Positions 1 to 9,688 of a DNA stretch of 63,987 nt are shown one piece after another; positions within the stretch are counted from its first letter, which is position 1; every line of letters starts with the position of its first letter. Source of the DNA: Curvibacter sp. (GTDB lineage: Bacteria; Pseudomonadota; Gammaproteobacteria; Burkholderiales; Burkholderiaceae_C). Location: assembly GCA_003987795.1 (NCBI GenBank), contig RXJO01000010.1, positions 1-63,987 of the forward strand, in the 5' to 3' direction. The position numbers and the translations under genes were made by a program. The notes below the pieces were generated by a model. The model was not told the origin of the DNA and made no database searches. It worked only from the letters and a program-made list of their open reading frames with translations.

Positions 1-546
1 GTCGACGAGATCAAACGAAACCCCAACCGCTACAGCTACGGCACGGCCGGCACCGGCTCGATCGGCCACCTGCTGATGGAGCTGATGGCCAGCAAGAGCG
101 GCCTGACCCTGACCCATGTGCCCTACCGAGGGTCGGGCCCGGCGCTCAACGACGCCATCGCCGGGCAGATCCCCATCGTGTTCGACAATCTGCCCTCGGC
201 CCTGCCCTTCATCAAAAGCGGACGCCTGACCGCCCTGGCCGTGGCGGCCCCGAAGCGCCTGCCGCAATTGCCCCAGGTCCCGACCTTTGCCGAGCTCAAG
301 CTCGATGAGGTGAACCGCACCGCCTTCTATGGCCTGTATGGCCCCAAAGGACTGCCGTCCGAAGTCGTCAAACGGGTGCACGGTGCCGTGCAAAAGGCCC
401 TGGCCGCCCCCGAGGTACGGCGCCAGATCGAGGACACCGGCTCACAGGTGATCGGCAACCGGCCCGAAGAATTCGCCCAGGAGATCGCGCTCGAGAACGC
501 GGTCTACAAGAAGATCGCGAGCGAACGCCACATCAGCGCGGATTGA
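1..546 (+). CDS. Bug/TctC tripartite tricarboxylate transporter substrate-binding protein, 5'-truncated by window edge
   Basis: Frame open from base 1 (VDEIKRNPNRYSYGTAGTGSIGHLLME...); Bug motifs THVPYRGSGPALND, VPTFAE, YGLYGPKGLP. Confidence 0.9.
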   Translation, partial: VDEIKRNPNRYSYGTAGTGSIGHLLMELMASKSGLTLTHVPYRGSGPALNDAIAGQIPIVFDNLPSALPFIKSGRLTALAVAAPKRLPQLPQVPTFAELKLDEVNRTAFYGLYGPKGLPSEVVKRVHGAVQKALAAPEVRRQIEDTGSQVIGNRPEEFAQEIALENAVYKKIASERHISAD

Positions 547-600
547 GCGACCGGTCTCACCACGGGCCAGCGGCACGGCGGGCGGCGTGCCGCGACGATC

Positions 601-1590
601 TCACTCCCGCATGTGGGCGTACTCGACCAGGCCCGCATACTGCCGGGTCTCCCGCGACATCAATGCGGACAGGTCTTCCTGGCCGCTGGCCACCACATTG
701 CCGCCGTCTTCCAGCTTGCGGCGCACCGCCGGATCGTGCAGCACCTCCTGCAGGGCCTGATTCAGGCGCTGCGCGACGGCCGCTGGCAGGTGGGCCGGCC
801 CCATCAGGGCAAACCACCCGCTGAGCTCATAGCCCTTCAGGGCCGGCAGCTCGCCCACGGTGGGCACCTTGGGCAAAGCGCTCAGGCGCTGGGCGCCGGT
901 GCAGGCCAGCGCCGTGATGCGGCCGCTTTGCAGGAAAGGCAAGGCGGCTGGCACCGACAGCATGGCCAGATCGAGGTTGCCACCCGCCAGGTCGCTGGTC
1001 AGGGAGGCCACACCGCGGTAGGGGATGTGCGTCATGAAGATGCCTGCGCGCTGCTTGAGCAGCTCGCCCGCAAAGTGCAGGGTCGACCCCACCCCCGAGC
1101 TGCCGTAACTGAGCTGACCCGGCTTGCGTCGCGCCAACTCCAGCAGCTCGGGCAGGGTCTTGACCGCCGCCCGGGGACCGGCCACCAGCAGCACTGGTGC
1201 TGTGGCGATCAGGCCCAGCGGGGTCATGTCCTTCTGGGCATCGTAACGCTGGGCGGGGTTCACCAGCCGGGTGGCCACCAGCTCATTGCTCGAACCGATC
1301 AGCAAGGTATAGCCATCGGCCGCACTGCCCGCGACCCGCTGGGCCGCGATGGCGCCGGCGGCACCGCCCTGGTTGTCGATCACCACCGGTGTCTTCAGGC
1401 GTTGGCCCAGCGCCTCGCCGACCAGGCGCCCCACGTAGTCGACCGAGCCGCCGGGGGGATAGCCGATCACCAGCTTGATGGGTCGGTCGGGATAGCCCGT
1501 CTGGGCGTGGGCGTGCAGGCCTGGGGCCAGCAGGCTGGTGGCCAGCCAGGCACCAAGGTGTCGGCGATGGGGGTTGAAAGTCGAGTTCAT
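601..1590 (-). CDS. Bug/TctC family periplasmic solute receptor
   Basis: Probable start MNSTFNPHRRHL (ATG 1590); YPDRPIKLVIGYPPGGSVD, DNQGGAAG, HIPYRG motifs. Confidence 0.9.
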   Translation of the reverse strand: MNSTFNPHRRHLGAWLATSLLAPGLHAHAQTGYPDRPIKLVIGYPPGGSVDYVGRLVGEALGQRLKTPVVIDNQGGAAGAIAAQRVAGSAADGYTLLIGSSNELVATRLVNPAQRYDAQKDMTPLGLIATAPVLLVAGPRAAVKTLPELLELARRKPGQLSYGSSGVGSTLHFAGELLKQRAGIFMTHIPYRGVASLTSDLAGGNLDLAMLSVPAALPFLQSGRITALACTGAQRLSALPKVPTVGELPALKGYELSGWFALMGPAHLPAAVAQRLNQALQEVLHDPAVRRKLEDGGNVVASGQEDLSALMSRETRQYAGLVEYAHMRE

Positions 1591-1634
1591 GGTCAGGGAT
1601 GGAAACAGCAAAGCCAGGTGACAAGGCGGCAGGT

Positions 1635-2852
1635 TCAGGCTGCAGTGGCCAGGAAATGCTCGGTCAGACGCACCCAATACGTGGCGGCCAGCGGCAAGAT
1701 GGCATCGTTGAAGTCGTAGCCCGGGTTGTGCACCATGCAACCTCCGCTGCCGTGGTGATCCCCGACCCCGTTGCCCACGATGAAGTAGCTGCCCGGGCAT
1801 CGCTCCAGCATGAAAGAGAAGTCCTCGCTGCCCGTCAGCGGCTGCACGTTCTCCATCACGCCCTGCGGGCCCAGCCAGTCCAGCGCCACCTGGCGAGCCA
1901 GCTCGGTGCAGGCGGGGTCGTTCACGAGGGCGGGGTAGCGCCAGTGGTAATCCACCTCGGCGATACAGCCCAGGGCTGCCGCCTGAGCGTGCGCCAGCTC
2001 GGTGATGCGTTCGCGCAACTGCGCCCGCACCTCGGGGCGGTAAGCACGCACCGAGAGCTTGAGCGCCACCGACTCAGGAATCACGTTCGGAGCATCTCCG
2101 GCATGGATGGCCCCCACGCTCACCACGGCCATGTCGCGCGGGTCCACATTGCGCGCCACCACGGTCTGCAGGGCCAGGATCAGGGTGGCGGCCGCCACCA
2201 CCGGGTCACGCGACTGGTGGGGTGCCGAACCGTGGCCGCCCTGCCCTTTGACGGTGATCAGCACCGTGTCGGACGAAGCCATGAAGGAGCCCGACTTGAA
2301 GCCGAACTGCCCCACCGGAAAGCCGGGCATGTTGTGCAGGGCGAAGATCGCATCACAGGGGAACAGCTCGAACAGACCGTCTTCGATCATGCGACGCCCG
2401 CCCCCCAGGCCCTCTTCGGCGGGCTGGAAGATCAAATGCAAGGTGCCGTCGAACACCCCGTCGCTGGCCAGGTGGCGAGCCGCCGTCAGCAGCGTCGCGG
2501 TGTGACCATCGTGGCCGCAAGCGTGCATCTTGCCGGCATGGCGGCTGGCATAGGGCAGCCCGGTGTTCTCGTGGATGGGCAAGGCATCCATGTCTGCGCG
2601 CAGGCCCAGACGGCGCCCGCCCGTGCCCCGGCGCAGGGTACCGACCACCCCGGTGCCCCCGAGGCCTCGGTGCACCTCATAGCCCCACGCCTGCAGGCGC
2701 TGGGCGACCAGGTCGCTGGTGGCCAGCTCCTCGAAGGCCAGTTCGGGGTGGGCGTGCAGGTGGTGCCGCAGCGCCACCATGTCGGATTCAATGGCCCGGA
2801 TGCCGGGTGCCACAGGGTCGGTGTCGGTCGGGAGGGCGGAGACAGTGCTCAT
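1635..2852 (-). CDS. M20D family amidohydrolase (hippurate hydrolase-like)
   Basis: HPELAFEE, RADMDALP, MHACGHDGH, IFQPAEEG, GSEDF and HNPGYDFND motifs. Confidence 0.92.
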   Translation of the reverse strand: MSTVSALPTDTDPVAPGIRAIESDMVALRHHLHAHPELAFEELATSDLVAQRLQAWGYEVHRGLGGTGVVGTLRRGTGGRRLGLRADMDALPIHENTGLPYASRHAGKMHACGHDGHTATLLTAARHLASDGVFDGTLHLIFQPAEEGLGGGRRMIEDGLFELFPCDAIFALHNMPGFPVGQFGFKSGSFMASSDTVLITVKGQGGHGSAPHQSRDPVVAAATLILALQTVVARNVDPRDMAVVSVGAIHAGDAPNVIPESVALKLSVRAYRPEVRAQLRERITELAHAQAAALGCIAEVDYHWRYPALVNDPACTELARQVALDWLGPQGVMENVQPLTGSEDFSFMLERCPGSYFIVGNGVGDHHGSGGCMVHNPGYDFNDAILPLAATYWVRLTEHFLATAA

Positions 2853-3015
2853 GAGAGGGTTCTGATCAGGTCGGGGCCAAGGGGGAATGACTGCAGTCTA
2901 GAAAGCCCACAGCCCACCCAGAAGACAGGCCACACCTGCCCCAACGGGTTTCAACTGTCGGGTGCAATGCGATGCCGGGCACAATCCCTGCAGCTCCCGG
3001 GCCGAGGTCTCTGAC

Positions 3016-3972
3016 GTGAAACTGCACCAAATCCGCTACCTGATCGCCGTGGCCAGCCAAGGCAGCATCCGCGCTGCTGCGCGCTCACTGGGCCTGACCC
3101 AGGCCACCCTCACGCAAGCCTTGCGTGAACTCGAGCAAGGGCAGCAGATGCCTCTGTTCGTGCGCCAGAGCTCCGGCCTGGCCCTGACCGAGGCCGGCAG
3201 CGCGCTGCTGCGCCACGCACGTCTGATCGCCGACCAGCTTGACCACGCCGAGGCCGAAATGGCCGGGCTGCGCCGCGCCGGCGCGGTGCAACGCCTGAGC
3301 GTGGGGGTCACGCCCTGGATCGCTCAGAGCATCCTGCCTGCTGTGGTGCAGGCCTTCACCGAGGACCAGCCCCAGGTGCGGCTGGAGCTGTTCGACGGTC
3401 TTTCTGCGGTCTCATTGCCCCGCTTGCGAGAAGGCGCGCTGGATCTGCTGCTGGGGCGCCTGCCCGAACCCGGTGCGGCGCACGACCTGCACGTCACGCC
3501 CCTGTTCCGCTACGAGGTCACGGTGGGCGCGCGAGCCGGCCACCCGCTGGCCCAGGCCCGCTCGATGCAAGCCCTGAGCGAAGCCCGGTGGCTGCTGAAC
3601 TACGCCCCCCAAGAAGAGGCGACCGTGTTCCACCACCTGTTCGAGCAACACGGTCTGCCGGTGCCGCGTGGGCGCATCCACCTGGCGCAATCGGCCGCCC
3701 TGATGCTCAAGCTGGTGGCCAGCACGGACATGCTCACCCTGCTGCCCTGGCCCTTGATCGAATGCGAAGGCGCGCATGGCCTGCTGGTGCCCTTGAACCT
3801 GGACACCCGCTTTGCCCCGCGCGAGATCGGCGTGCTGCGCCGCCGCCAGGCCGCGCTGAGCGCGCCAGCCGGGCGCTTTCTGCACCACCTGATGGCGCAG
3901 TTGCGCCAATGCCAAGGCTCGACAGACCCCATGTTGCAACGGGTGTTCCGCTCGATCGATCTGATCGATTGA
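3016..3972 (+). CDS. LysR family transcriptional regulator, divergent from amidohydrolase-Bug
   Basis: Probable GTG start 3016 (MKLHQIRYLIAVASQGSIRAAARSLGLTQ, LysR HTH); divergent arrangement. Confidence 0.9.
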   Translation: MKLHQIRYLIAVASQGSIRAAARSLGLTQATLTQALRELEQGQQMPLFVRQSSGLALTEAGSALLRHARLIADQLDHAEAEMAGLRRAGAVQRLSVGVTPWIAQSILPAVVQAFTEDQPQVRLELFDGLSAVSLPRLREGALDLLLGRLPEPGAAHDLHVTPLFRYEVTVGARAGHPLAQARSMQALSEARWLLNYAPQEEATVFHHLFEQHGLPVPRGRIHLAQSAALMLKLVASTDMLTLLPWPLIECEGAHGLLVPLNLDTRFAPREIGVLRRRQAALSAPAGRFLHHLMAQLRQCQGSTDPMLQRVFRSIDLID

Positions 3973-4025
3973 CCCTCGGCGCCAATTGGCACGCACACGG
4001 CCCGCACACGCCCACGGGCCACGCC

Positions 4026-5342
4026 TCAAAGGCTGCGCCGGTTCAGCAGAATGGACAGCCCCGCCAGCACCGCGGGCAAGGCCAGCGCCATGAAAATGCC
4101 CTCGAAGCCCCAGCCCAGGCTCAGCAACACACCGCCGATGGACGAACCCAGGATGCTGCCCAGGCGACCGACGCCCAACATCCAACTGACCCCTGTCGCG
4201 CGGGCCACCGTGGGGTAGCAGCCAGGGGCAAAGCCGTTCAAACCAGTCTGTGCGCCACTGAGGCAGAAGCCCACCGCCATGACCAGCATGACGATGGAAC
4301 CGGACATCAAGCCATTGAAGCCCATCACCACCAAGGCCACGGCCCCGAGCAGGTAGGCGCAGGCCATCACCCGGTTCGGATCCATGCGGCCCATCAGCCA
4401 ACCCACCAGCAGCGCCCCCGCCGTGCCCCCGAGCTGGAACATCGCGGTCACGTTGGCGGCCCGGTCGATGCTCATGCCGGCATCCTTCATCATGGTCGGC
4501 AACCAGCTCGTGGTCAGGTAGATCACCAGCAGCCCCATGAAGTAGGTCAGCCACAAGGTGGCGGTGCGCAGCCGGAAGCCCCGTTCGAACAACACCGCCA
4601 GGGGCTGGCGGGCCGGGGCCTCGGCCTCACCCGAGATGTAGGCCTTGACCCCCGCCAGCGGGGCCTGGCACACCCGGCCCAGCACGGCAGTGATGCGCTC
4701 CGGCGCCATCTTGCGCGCCACCATGAAACGCGCCGATTCAGGCAGGTACACCCACAACACCGGCAACAGCAGCAGGGGCAAGGCACCGCCCAGCACCAGC
4801 ACCGAGCGCCAGCCCGCCTGTGGAATCAAGGCGGCCGCTGCGAAGCCCACCAGGGCCGAGCCCAGGTTGAATCCGGTGAACATGGCGGCCACCAGAAAGG
4901 CCCGGCGACGCTCTGGCACGTACTCGGAGAGCAAGGTGGTGGTGTTGGGCATGGCAGCCCCCAGGCCCAGACCGGTCAGAAAGCGCAGCAATGCCATCTG
5001 GCTGGTGTCCTGCGCCAAGGGCGTGAGCAAGGTGCACAGGCCGAAACCCAGCACAGAGCCCAGCAGCACGCGGCGGCGCCCCCACCAGTCCGATGATGAG
5101 CCCGCCAGCACCGCGCCCACGGCCAGGCCGATCGGTGCCGCCCCCATCACCACGCCGAATGCGGGCCGCGAGATGCCCCACTCGGCCAGGATCGAGGGTG
5201 CGACGAAGCCCATGATGGCCACATCCATGCCGTCCACGGCCACGATGGAAAAGCACAACAGCACCAGCACCCACTGGTTGAAGGAAAGCGCTCGTGCGTT
5301 GATGAACTCCCTGACATTCAGGGGCTTGGTCGCTGGGTTCAT
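4026..5342 (-). CDS. MFS aromatic acid:H+ symporter (PcaK/GalT-like)
   Basis: DGMDVAIMGF, SDWWGRRRVL, GLGLGAAMPN, multiple TM segments; directly downstream of gallate dioxygenase. Confidence 0.88.
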   Translation of the reverse strand: MNPATKPLNVREFINARALSFNQWVLVLLCFSIVAVDGMDVAIMGFVAPSILAEWGISRPAFGVVMGAAPIGLAVGAVLAGSSSDWWGRRRVLLGSVLGFGLCTLLTPLAQDTSQMALLRFLTGLGLGAAMPNTTTLLSEYVPERRRAFLVAAMFTGFNLGSALVGFAAAALIPQAGWRSVLVLGGALPLLLLPVLWVYLPESARFMVARKMAPERITAVLGRVCQAPLAGVKAYISGEAEAPARQPLAVLFERGFRLRTATLWLTYFMGLLVIYLTTSWLPTMMKDAGMSIDRAANVTAMFQLGGTAGALLVGWLMGRMDPNRVMACAYLLGAVALVVMGFNGLMSGSIVMLVMAVGFCLSGAQTGLNGFAPGCYPTVARATGVSWMLGVGRLGSILGSSIGGVLLSLGWGFEGIFMALALPAVLAGLSILLNRRSL

Positions 5343-5382
5343 GAAGTCTCCGTGTTCTTGTTCGAGTGTGGTCTGCGGTGGC

Positions 5383-6669
5383 TCAGTTGTTCCAGCTCAG
5401 GGTCTTGCTGTCCTGGCCCGCGACCGAGTACAGCGCGCCCGGCGCATTGCGCGTCTTCTGGAAGTCTTCGAGCGACTCGCCGCGCATGGCCGCGTAGATG
5501 TGCAGGTTGGACACACCGACCACCGCACCCAGCTTTTCGAGCATGAAAAAGATCACGCCGTAATGGATCAGGCCACGCCAGTCGCGCTGTCGCACCAGTT
5601 CGCGCTCCTCGGCCGTCAACTGGGCCTGCTCGAAAGCGGCTTCCGGATCGGCCAGAAAGGCCTGACGTTGGGCCGGCACGATGAGCTGATGCAGGAAGCG
5701 GTTGAGACGATAGGCCTTGACGCTGCGCGCCAGATCGAAGGGATAGGTGCCCGTCAGGCCACCCGCACCGGCCAGCTCTTTCGCCATGTGGGCCCGATGC
5801 CGCTCCACCTCGCCGGCCACGGGCCCCGACGAGGCCTGGTTTTCATAGATCGCGGTGGCAATGCCGGTCATCGAGGGCAGGTAGTAGCTCTGGTGCACCT
5901 TGCGCACATTGGACGACAAGGCCCCACGCATGATCAGCCACATGATGACCTCGGCCCCCTCCAGTCCCCCCAGCGTGGCGAACTCGGCCTGGGTCATGCC
6001 GGCCAGACGCTCCGGATCCTGCTCGATCAGGTCCAGAAAGCGCTGGTCCCAGGCGGGGTTGTTGAAGCCGGCGCGCTCGCCATGCACCTGATGCGACAGG
6101 CCGCCCGTGGCCACCACCGCCACCTTCAGGTCTTCGGGATAGCTCTCGATGGCACGGCGCAGCGCCTGGCCCAGCTTGTAGCAGCGCCGTGCCGAGGGCA
6201 CGGGAAACTGCAGCACACCCACCTGCAAGGGCACGATCTGCACCGGCCAGGCCGGCTGGTGCGGGCACAGCATCGACAGCGGCGAGAAGCAGCCATGGTC
6301 GAGTGGCTTGTCCTGGAAGAAGGACATGTCGAACTCATCGGCCACCAGCGACTGCCCCACGTGGCGGGCCAGTGCCGAATGACCGCCCACCGGCGGCAGT
6401 TCGCGCGCCCCACCGCCTTCGTCCGCCACCTCGTAGCGCTCGCCCACGCCCAGCGCGAAGGCCGAATAGTGATCAAAGAAGAAGGAGGTGACGTGGTCGT
6501 TGTAGATCACGAACAGCACATCGGGTTTGCGGTCTGCAATCCATTGCTGCACCGGCTGGAAGGCCTCGAAGATCGGGGCCCAGACCGGGTCGTGCTGCTT
6601 GTCGCGGTCAAAGGCAAAGCCGATGGTGGGGGTGTGCGAGGTGGCGATGGCGCCGATGATCTGTGCCAT
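5383..6669 (-). CDS. galA: Gallate dioxygenase (LigB-LigA fused type II extradiol dioxygenase, GalA/DesB family)
   Basis: N-terminus MAQIIGAIATSHTPTIGFAFD, YNDH, LDHG, GGLSHQVHGERAGFNN; C-terminal LigA-like domain (YRLNRFLH...RDWRGLIHYG); 428 aa. Confidence 0.88.
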   Translation of the reverse strand: MAQIIGAIATSHTPTIGFAFDRDKQHDPVWAPIFEAFQPVQQWIADRKPDVLFVIYNDHVTSFFFDHYSAFALGVGERYEVADEGGGARELPPVGGHSALARHVGQSLVADEFDMSFFQDKPLDHGCFSPLSMLCPHQPAWPVQIVPLQVGVLQFPVPSARRCYKLGQALRRAIESYPEDLKVAVVATGGLSHQVHGERAGFNNPAWDQRFLDLIEQDPERLAGMTQAEFATLGGLEGAEVIMWLIMRGALSSNVRKVHQSYYLPSMTGIATAIYENQASSGPVAGEVERHRAHMAKELAGAGGLTGTYPFDLARSVKAYRLNRFLHQLIVPAQRQAFLADPEAAFEQAQLTAEERELVRQRDWRGLIHYGVIFFMLEKLGAVVGVSNLHIYAAMRGESLEDFQKTRNAPGALYSVAGQDSKTLSWNN

Positions 6670-7051
6670 GGATTGCTTTCGGAATTCGGTCCTGGAGAAG
6701 GCCGCCCTGCCGGGTGGCCCGAGTTGAGCGCCGGATTCTCGACAAGCACTCGCCGACCGGAAAGATGTCGGGCACCAAGGCGCGATACCCGGCGGTTATC
6801 GGCATGCCTTGGCTCCGTCCGCCAGGCAAGCCGGCTTAACCGCGGCACGCCGGTGGCCTTCATGCATCCAGCGACTATCCATGCGCCCAAATATTCGCCC
6901 CGCCATGGCCCAGGCTTTCTATATTGGGCACCAGGCGAACGGATCGCCCACCTACCCAAGCCCCCATGAAAAGCCAGGCTGGATCAGCGCCTGCAACGAC
7001 TGGGCCTGAGCCCGAACCCACACCAATTGATCTGCGAACTGCATCACGACC

Positions 7052-7237
7052 ATGCCCCAAACACTTCACGCCCTGCCGGCATCACCGCTTGCCCTGACTG
7101 ATCAGACCGCGCCCGCTGACGACGCGGCCCGCTTCTGGCTCGACCTCGCCCAGGCCCTCGGGATCGCGGTGCTGCTGGTCACGGCCCTGTTCCTGATCAT
7201 GGGGTTCCTGATCATGCCCGGGCTGCCCGGCGCATGA
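7052..7237 (+). CDS. Small hypothetical single-pass membrane protein (61 aa)
   Basis: ATG-started ORF with GC-biased codons and a hydrophobic C-terminus (ALGIAVLLVTALFLIMGFLIMP). Confidence 0.5.
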   Translation: MPQTLHALPASPLALTDQTAPADDAARFWLDLAQALGIAVLLVTALFLIMGFLIMPGLPGA

Positions 7238-7430
7238 AGGCTATGAACTCTGAACTCTGACTATCGTTATGCAAGCTCCTTCGTTCACGGCCAGCCCGCT
7301 TGATGCGACAGTGATGACATGCAGACGGTGAGGCGAAGCCCACGGACCAGCAAACCAGCTTGCGCCTCATCTGCACCGAATGGCTCGCGGGGGTGAGCTA
7401 TGTCCGGCCCACAGACCGGACCTTCCTGAT

Positions 7431-7468
7431 GGCCGCCAGAAGTCTCTTTCTGGCGGCCTCTTTTTTTT
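7431..7468 (+). terminator. Rho-independent terminator
   Basis: Perfect 11-bp stem GGCCGCCAGAA / TTCTGGCGGCC, 6-nt loop, followed by TCTTTTTTTT. Confidence 0.85.
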
Positions 7469-7491
7469 GGACAAGCCCGCAGAAGCCGGAG

Positions 7492-8871
7492 TCAACCGGC
7501 CGGCGCCCCTCGCAAGACCTGCACCTCAATGTGATGCATCGGTAGGCCTACGAGTCCGTGGACCGTGAGTGCGTTGTCAGATTGCAGGTGCAGCGCGTCA
7601 TGGATCCATTGCAGGTGCACATGCTGCGCCTGCGAGCCCTCGGCCACGGCCACCACCGTGCTGTAGTCCCCACTGAGCAGGTTGGGCAGGTCAAATGAGA
7701 ACGTGACCCGCACACGATCGCCGGCCTGCAGGGCATTGGATTGCGAAAATTGGCTCATGCGGGTGTTGTCACCGAACAAGGCCTGACCCGTCCGGTCCTT
7801 GACCATGAAGCCGATCAAGGGGCTGATCACCGGGCGCTCAAAAGCCACCTCGATGTCGAGCCACACCGTCTGCCCGGCGACCGCGCTCTGGACCTCCAGG
7901 CCCCCGCTGTCACGCACACTCACCCGCCGCACGCTGGCGCCGCCGAGGCCAGCCCCGGAATCCTGCAAAGGCATGGGCAAAAAGTGCACCCGGCAGACCT
8001 GCTCCGGCTGCGGGCTCGCAGGCACGGCAGGCACCACCACATAGCGCCCGGCCTCGTCACGCCCGGCCTCCGCGGCGCTGGGTTCGGGCGCTCGCATCAC
8101 CTGCTGCTGGCTCGCCAACAAGGCATCCAGGTAGTCTTGGCAGACCTCTTTCGTGGAGCCGTCCTGGATCAGGCGACCTCCTTCGAGCCAGATCACGCGG
8201 TCGCACAAGGCCTTGATGGCCTCGGTGTCGTGGCTCACCATCAACACGGTGCCACGCTGCATGAAGTTGCGCAGGAAGCGCATGCACTTTTGCGTGAAGA
8301 AGGCATCCCCGACCGCCAATGCCTCATCCACAACCAGGATGTCGGCATCCACATGCGCGATGACCGCAAAGGCCAGTCGCACGGCCATGCCGCTCGAATA
8401 GGTCTTGACCGGCTGATCCAGAAAGTCGCCGATGTCGGCAAATGCCACGATCTCGTCGAAACGCGCCAGCGCCTGCTCGCGGCTGAGTCCGAGCACACTG
8501 GCGTAGAGCAGCACGTTCTCACGGCCCGAAAACTCGGGGTTGAAGCCCGAGCCCAGTTCCAGCAGAGCTGCCACGCGCCCCTGGATATCGACACTGCCGA
8601 ACGAGGGATGGAGCGTGCCGCACAGCAGTTGCAACAGCGTCGACTTCCCGGAGCCGTTGCGACCGATGATGCCCAAGGTTTCACCTCGCCGTACGCTGAG
8701 GTTCAGCCCCTGCAAGGCGGTGAACGACCGATACCGGGCCGCCAGCGGCCACCTCAACCAGGCATTCCAACGATCGATGCCGAATTGCCAGAGGCGATCC
8801 ACAGGTCGCGCATAGATCTGATAGTGCTTGCCCAGGTCGACTGCCCGGATCACGATCGGTTCAGAGGACAT
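7492..8871 (-). CDS. wzt: Polysaccharide ABC exporter ATPase Wzt with C-terminal Wzt_C-like domain
   Basis: Walker A GRNGSGKST, LELGSGFNPEFSGREN, signature YSSGMAVRLAF, Walker B LVVDEALAVGD, about 200-aa C-terminal extension; start overlaps wzm stop. Confidence 0.92.
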   Translation of the reverse strand: MSSEPIVIRAVDLGKHYQIYARPVDRLWQFGIDRWNAWLRWPLAARYRSFTALQGLNLSVRRGETLGIIGRNGSGKSTLLQLLCGTLHPSFGSVDIQGRVAALLELGSGFNPEFSGRENVLLYASVLGLSREQALARFDEIVAFADIGDFLDQPVKTYSSGMAVRLAFAVIAHVDADILVVDEALAVGDAFFTQKCMRFLRNFMQRGTVLMVSHDTEAIKALCDRVIWLEGGRLIQDGSTKEVCQDYLDALLASQQQVMRAPEPSAAEAGRDEAGRYVVVPAVPASPQPEQVCRVHFLPMPLQDSGAGLGGASVRRVSVRDSGGLEVQSAVAGQTVWLDIEVAFERPVISPLIGFMVKDRTGQALFGDNTRMSQFSQSNALQAGDRVRVTFSFDLPNLLSGDYSTVVAVAEGSQAQHVHLQWIHDALHLQSDNALTVHGLVGLPMHHIEVQVLRGAPAG

Positions 8872-9688
8872 CGGCAAATCCCTTGCGGGTCTTCTGGAAG
8901 AAGACAAAGCCCATCCAGGCGACCAAGGCGGCGATCACCGCATACAGCAGCAGCCCATCCCATTGCAGAGGTTGGGCCCAGATCAGGCAACGGCGGGTCT
9001 GCTCGATCACGAAGGTCAAGGGATTGAGCCTCAGCCACATCTGCAGTGACTGGGGGGCCGCCTCCATGGGGTAAAAAACCGGTGCCAGGAACATCAGCCC
9101 GGCCGTGGCCAGTGTCGTGATCGATGAAAGATCGCGCAGAAACACCCCGGCGGCGGCCAGCAACCAGGCCAGCCCCAGCAGCAGCAAGCCGAACGGTGCC
9201 AGGACCAAAGGAAGCTGCAGCACATGCCAGGACAATTGGCCGCCCAGCAAGCACAAGGCTGCCAACAGCACCCCCAAGTTCAGCAGGCACTGAAACAGCC
9301 CTGCCAGAAGAGGCACCACGGGAAGCACCTCCAAGGGAAACATGACCTTCTTGACATAGCTGGTGTGCTCGGCGATCAAGCCAGGGGTGCGGGTGGTGAT
9401 CTCCGCCATCCATCCATGGAGGCTGGTGCCCACGAAGAGCACGACGGCAAACAAGCCATGGGTGTCGGCCTGACCGGCCCATCGGGCCTTGAAGATGCCC
9501 GAGAAGACCAAGGTGTAGATCGCCAGCATGAAAAGCGGTGTCAGCAGCGACCACAGCACACCCAGCATCGAGGCCCGGTAGCGCTGGCGGATCTCGCGTG
9601 AACTGAGCTGAAGCACCAGTTGGCGATGGCGCCAGATCGTCTGGACGGCGGCCCACGGGGGGGTTGGCGGCGAAGCGTGGGGGTTCAT
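8861..9688 (-). CDS. wzm: Polysaccharide ABC exporter permease Wzm
   Basis: REIRQRYRASMLGVLWSLLTPL, YVKKVMFPLE, PVFYP, LNPLT, C-terminal KTRKGFADVL. Confidence 0.92.
   Translation of the reverse strand: MNPHASPPTPPWAAVQTIWRHRQLVLQLSSREIRQRYRASMLGVLWSLLTPLFMLAIYTLVFSGIFKARWAGQADTHGLFAVVLFVGTSLHGWMAEITTRTPGLIAEHTSYVKKVMFPLEVLPVVPLLAGLFQCLLNLGVLLAALCLLGGQLSWHVLQLPLVLAPFGLLLLGLAWLLAAAGVFLRDLSSITTLATAGLMFLAPVFYPMEAAPQSLQMWLRLNPLTFVIEQTRRCLIWAQPLQWDGLLLYAVIAALVAWMGFVFFQKTRKGFADVL

Noticed and set aside
4645-6969. 774-aa plus-strand ORF, and similar long antisense ORFs (e.g. 1599-3014, 45156-46742, 47090-48922, 53351-54826, 58235-59773)
   Set aside because: Shadow frames opposite well-supported genes, expected from high GC3; no recognisable motifs.
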